Shown piece after piece: positions 59,806-64,000 of a stretch of DNA of 64,000 nt; the stretch's first letter is position 1; every line of letters begins with the position of its first letter. Made by a program: the position numbers and the translations under genes. The stretch is from an uncultured delta proteobacterium. GTDB taxonomy: Bacteria > Desulfobacterota > Binatia > UBA9968. Under the pieces are notes generated by a model. It was not told the DNA's origin. It was given only the letters and a program-made list of their open reading frames with translations, and did not search any database. Location: positions 21,096 to 85,095 of the forward strand of contig CAVTUQ010000032.1 in NCBI GenBank assembly GCA_963737905.1. Reading direction: 5' to 3'.

Positions 59806-60801
59806 CTAGGTAACTTCGGGCAAAGCGATTTCCAATAAGCTCACTGCACCGCGCGGCCGGTAGAAACACGCTCCGACCAAGGCGGGCAAGAGCAGCACGT
59901 CGCCTTTACCGACGGCATAGTTGGCGCCATCGTGTTCCAACTCACCCTCGCCGGCGATGCACACCAGCACCCTCGGCGTTCCCGCTGCGCCGACGGTAAA
60001 CGGCGATTCTCCGTGGAGTCGCAACAAACTAAAATGTTCACAAAGAAAGAGCCTTTCGCGCCGCACCGGCTTCATCTCTTCCACCACCGGCACCACCGGA
60101 CCGATTGCACCTTGCGCAAAATCAATGCAGGCCATCGCCTGATCGACTTGCAGGGGTCGAGGCTGGCCGGTCTTGGCATCAACGCGGTCCCAGTCGTAAA
60201 GACGAAAAGTCACGTCGCTGTTTTCCTGCACTTCGAAAACCACTACGTCGCCCAGCGAATGAACGGTCCCGGCTTGAATGAAGACGCCGTCGCCAGACTT
60301 TGGCTTGAACCTAGTCAGATGATCGGCCACCGTCCCGCTCGCGATCGCCTTCCGCAGATTGTCTGCGGTGGCTGCAGGCTTGAGACCGGCGTAGATGCAG
60401 CTTTCGGGTCCTTCTTCCAGCACCACCCAGGCTTCGGTCTTCCCGCTCTCCCCCGGAGGGAGATAGTTCTTTTGCCGATCCGATGGATGCACTTGGACCG
60501 AAAGCATGTCGCGCGCGTCGAGGAACTTCAGTAGTAGAGGGAACCGGCGGAAGCGCCCAGCCAGTTTTCCCATCAACTGCTCCGGTGACTGCTCAAGCAA
60601 TTGTGCGATGGTCCGTCCTTTGAGCGGTCCCTCGGCGACGCGGCTGGGATGGTCGTCGCGGTCACTCAGCAACCAAGCTTCGCCGATGGGACCATCTCCG
60701 GGCAGCGGAGCTCTGAGCAGGTCGGCTAAACGCCGGCCGCCCCACAGCCGATACTGATAGATAGGTTCGAATCGCAGGGGATACAGGGATATTTGACTCA
60801 T
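59806..60801 (-). CDS. manA: Mannose-6-phosphate isomerase class I
   Basis: WGG, GEAW, FPLLLKFLDA..LSVQVHP, GKTEAW, AGTVH, QENSDVTFR. Confidence 0.93.
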   Translation of the reverse strand: MSQISLYPLRFEPIYQYRLWGGRRLADLLRAPLPGDGPIGEAWLLSDRDDHPSRVAEGPLKGRTIAQLLEQSPEQLMGKLAGRFRRFPLLLKFLDARDMLSVQVHPSDRQKNYLPPGESGKTEAWVVLEEGPESCIYAGLKPAATADNLRKAIASGTVADHLTRFKPKSGDGVFIQAGTVHSLGDVVVFEVQENSDVTFRLYDWDRVDAKTGQPRPLQVDQAMACIDFAQGAIGPVVPVVEEMKPVRRERLFLCEHFSLLRLHGESPFTVGAAGTPRVLVCIAGEGELEHDGANYAVGKGDVLLLPALVGACFYRPRGAVSLLEIALPEVT

Positions 60802-60825
60802 GGCATATCTCTTAAGGTTGAAAAG

Positions 60826-61767
60826 TCATCTCGCATGATTGGCCTCGTGGTTACTCATCGAGTTCAGCCACTTCCAGTTCCGGATCTCCGGCAGGTCTTG
60901 GCCGTGTTTATCAATGTAGTGCTTGTGCTCGATGAGCTTGTCCTGGACCATCTGCTTCAGATAGCTCCCCCTGGCACCCAGCTGCGGCAGGCGATCCACC
61001 ACGTCCTGCACCAGATGAAAACGGTCTAGATCATTCTGCACCCGCATGTCGAAGGCCGTCGTGATGGTGCCCTCTTCCTTATAGCCGCGGACGTGGAGGT
61101 TGCGGTTGGTGCGGCGGTAGGTCAGCCGGTGGACCAGCCATGGGTACCCATGGAAGCCAAAGATGATGTGCTTATCTTTGGTGAAGAGCGAATCGTAATC
61201 CGTTTCGCTCAACCCGTGCGGGTGCTCGCTCGCAGACTGCAGCTTCATGAGATCGACGACGTTGACCACCCGGATTTTCAGATCGGGCAGATGCTCGCGA
61301 AGAATAGAAACCGCGGCCAGAATCTCCAGCGTGGGCGTATCCCCGCAGCAAGCCATCACCACGTCCGGCTCGGCGTCTTCGTCGTTGCTGGCCCATTGCC
61401 AGATGCCATTCCTTCCGTGCAATGCACAACTGCGGCGTCCATGGTCAGCCATTGGGGCAAAGCGTGTTTTCCCGCAACCACCACGTTGACGTAATGCCGG
61501 CTCCGCAGGCAATGATCAAAGACCGACAGCAGACAGTTCGCGTCGGGTGGTAAATAAACGCGCACGATATCAGCCTTCTTGTTGTGGTCGAGGAAGCCGG
61601 GATCCTGGTGCGTAAACCACCAGCGGTTTCACGTGCGACAGCTTCAGCGGCTCCTTCAGCAGCGGATTGTCGTAGAGATAAATCTGGCCGACCGAGAGAT
61701 AGTTGGCGGCGCGCCAGTAGGCATCCATCTTGTGGAGCAGTTCCGGGGAAAGAGTGTCTCTCTTCAT
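60826..61767 (-). pseudogene. xfp: Phosphoketolase with a large internal deletion and frameshifts
   Basis: [23 protein letters not shown] joined at ~61617 to [20 protein letters not shown]; C-terminal FHGYP, GYKEEG. Confidence 0.93.
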
Positions 61768-61909
61768 AGTTCAATTCTCCTTTTTTTCAGTCAAGGGCGA
61801 GAACGCAGGAACCGTCTCGGCCGGCTTTCCTGCAAAGGGCTTACTGTCATAGCTTTCTCTCCTCAAATGTCGTGGCGACGTTGTCGCGTTCCATAGTCTT
61901 CACGCCCAA

Positions 61910-63526
61910 CTATTCCACCGAGTTATGCCCATCGGCGCGGTCTGGGGACGGCTGTTGCTCAGCGGACCCATCGGTTTCTTCTGATTCGAGACGCAGCAAC
62001 TGCGCGTCGATATCCGCGAGCAACTTTTCCTGGACGGCCTGACTGAGAAGTCCGCGGTGAAAGGCGTCGATCACCGCGTCTTTTTCCACCGACTGCAGGT
62101 GTCGCCGAGCCCGTTGTAATTCCTCAGCGTGAAGCTGCTGTCTCTCAAGGTGCAACTCATCCAGCGCTGCACTATCGCGCTCAATCTTTTGCTCATATTC
62201 GCGGCGGAGACTGGCAAGCACCTCCGGATTGGTGAAATAAACGTGCGACATTTGGTCGATCTCCTCCAACGCGGCATGGGCTGCCTGCAACTTGCCGCGC
62301 GTCAATTCGTACGCGGCGCGTTCCTGGTGTCCGCGCACAATGCCCAGCCATCGCAGCAGTGGGGACATCGTCAACCCGTGGACAAGGATCGAAAGAATGA
62401 CGACCCCGAAGGTCATCGAGACCAGCAATTCCCGATGCGGAAAATCCTTTGGGAGACTGAGCACCAGCACCATGGGCAACGCGCCGCGTAACCCGCCCCA
62501 GGTCAGGATCACGCTCCACGCCCAGGGAATTCGTTCCCGCGTCCTCCGCAGCAGCGAAGATGCGCCGAAGATGACCAGCGCCCTGCCTCCTGTGACCACG
62601 AGATAGGCAACCAGGATCGCCTGCCAGGAGGCCAGCAATGCCTGGAAGTGCACTTCGAGACCAATCAGAAGGAAGACGATGGAGTTGAGAGCGAAGGCGA
62701 CGTATTCCCAAAACGTCTCCACGGCGATCCGGGTCGATGGCGACATGCCGACACGGGCACCATAGTTTCCGCAGAGCATACCCGCCGATACGGTCGCAAT
62801 CACTCCGGAGTAATGAAAGTGCTCCGCAGCCAGGAAGGAACCGTACGCGGCAATCGTCGTCAGCGTGATCTCGATCATCGGGTCATCCACATGCTTGATG
62901 ACTTGCGAAACCGCCAGACCGACTCCCGTCCCAATGAGCGCGCCGACGCCGACGATCTTGATAAAATCGAAGGCCAACCCGCCGGCCGTCACCACCGTCC
63001 CTCTCACGAGCGCAAGGCTGAGCGTGAAGAAAACGATCGCGGTGCCATCGTTGAGCAGGCTCTCGCCCTCGAGCAACACGGCCAGACGCTTCGGGACGCC
63101 CAGGTTCTTGAAGATCGCGACGACCGCGATGGGATCGGTGGCGGAGATGAGTGCGCCAAACACCAGCGCGTGTTTCCAAGTAAAACCTTGCACGAAATGC
63201 AGCATGTTGGCGACCGGTGTCAAAATCATGGCCGTCAGTGCGATCGCCGCCACCACGCCCGGCAGGGCCAGCGAAGAAACGGCGAGGCGGTTTCGCCAGA
63301 ATTGTTTAAACTCGATATGAAACGCGGCCTCGAAGAGCAGCCCCGGCAGAAAGACGCTGAACAGCAGCGCCTTGGTCAGGTGGGGCGCTTCGAAGGCATG
63401 CAGCAGCCCCAACACGAGGCCGGTGAAGACCAAGGCCACTGTGTAAGGAATGGCCAGCCGCTGCACCGCGATCGCCACGGCTGTGGCCACAACAAACAGC
63501 AAAATGAAGATTGTTTCTGTCTCCAT
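61910..63526 (-). CDS. CPA1/NhaP-family Na+/H+ antiporter
   Basis: FLPGLLFEAA, ATDPIAV, EGESLLNDG, WGGLRG. Confidence 0.95.
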   Translation of the reverse strand: METETIFILLFVVATAVAIAVQRLAIPYTVALVFTGLVLGLLHAFEAPHLTKALLFSVFLPGLLFEAAFHIEFKQFWRNRLAVSSLALPGVVAAIALTAMILTPVANMLHFVQGFTWKHALVFGALISATDPIAVVAIFKNLGVPKRLAVLLEGESLLNDGTAIVFFTLSLALVRGTVVTAGGLAFDFIKIVGVGALIGTGVGLAVSQVIKHVDDPMIEITLTTIAAYGSFLAAEHFHYSGVIATVSAGMLCGNYGARVGMSPSTRIAVETFWEYVAFALNSIVFLLIGLEVHFQALLASWQAILVAYLVVTGGRALVIFGASSLLRRTRERIPWAWSVILTWGGLRGALPMVLVLSLPKDFPHRELLVSMTFGVVILSILVHGLTMSPLLRWLGIVRGHQERAAYELTRGKLQAAHAALEEIDQMSHVYFTNPEVLASLRREYEQKIERDSAALDELHLERQQLHAEELQRARRHLQSVEKDAVIDAFHRGLLSQAVQEKLLADIDAQLLRLESEETDGSAEQQPSPDRADGHNSVE

Positions 63527-63616
63527 TGCGGATATTATTTCGTCCCATCATTCCATCGGGCAAAGCCAAACCCATTGGCTTTCAATTGCAGTTCTGAACT
63601 CGCGCCCAAGAATATC

Positions 63617-64000
63617 TCACTCTTTTCTTCGATCAGCTCCTTGAAACCGGGTTGCATCTGAGGCGCCTTTCGGGCCGGCAACAGGAGGATCCCAATACTT
63701 CGGCCGACCATAGTGATCGTGAAGCTTCCCCTCGTATTCCCGGTTGAGAGTGTCCGGATGATATTCGGGCGCCTTCTTGATCGAATCCCGGGATAAGCTT
63801 ACGTATACCTTGGAATCGTTCCAGCTCACCCGATCGATCCACCGCGGCGCGATAAGCACTTTCTTGCCCGGCAACCAATTGCGCGTATCCACCACCATGT
63901 AGCGAATCTCCCAGGTTTCCTCGTCAATGATGAAGTCTTCGACATGACCGACGCCGCCATCCGTAGCCTCGATATGATACCCGGTCACGTTAGCAGCGCT
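63617..64000 (-). CDS. PRC-barrel domain protein, 5' end outside the window
   Basis: GYHIEATDG.VGHVEDFIID..W.IRYMVVDT.NWLPGKKVLI. Confidence 0.9.
   Translation of the reverse strand, partial: SAANVTGYHIEATDGGVGHVEDFIIDEETWEIRYMVVDTRNWLPGKKVLIAPRWIDRVSWNDSKVYVSLSRDSIKKAPEYHPDTLNREYEGKLHDHYGRPKYWDPPVAGPKGASDATRFQGADRRKE

Overview
Bacterial DNA of moderately high GC with almost all genes on the minus strand. The ABC_sub_bind paralogs, short lineage-type ORFs and REP/MITE families suggest a Candidatus Binatia-like soil deltaproteobacterium (inference only). I found no rRNA, tRNA or CRISPR array. The left half (1-33.6 kb) is an envelope/osmotic gene collection: arylsulfatase, patatin, MltF, BASS symporter, frameshifted MscS, LysM, YSC84, AqpZ and two OmpA. 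It surrounds a regulatory core of two sigma54 activators, a sensor-less HisKA_3 kinase behind a sigma54 promoter, two NarL-type regulators and an AraC. The right half (33.6-64 kb) is a partly decayed general-stress island: FtsH, orphan NuoB, two Hsp20, Lon, CarD, SPFH, PMM, PPK2, P3A H+-ATPase, GH130, PMI, deleted phosphoketolase and NhaP. The strongest signals are non-coding. (1) A ~40-bp element with the palindrome ATCRGG-N5-CCYGAT precedes nine left-half genes, including one NarL gene, which suggests a sigma54 -> kinase -> twin-NarL regulon. (2) A CRP-geometry box TGTCY-N6-RRACR sits near -41.5 in five (possibly six) right-half promoters. (3) An HUH/Y1 transposase is bounded by 28-bp terminal inverted repeats. 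All family assignments are from motif recognition, not database searches.
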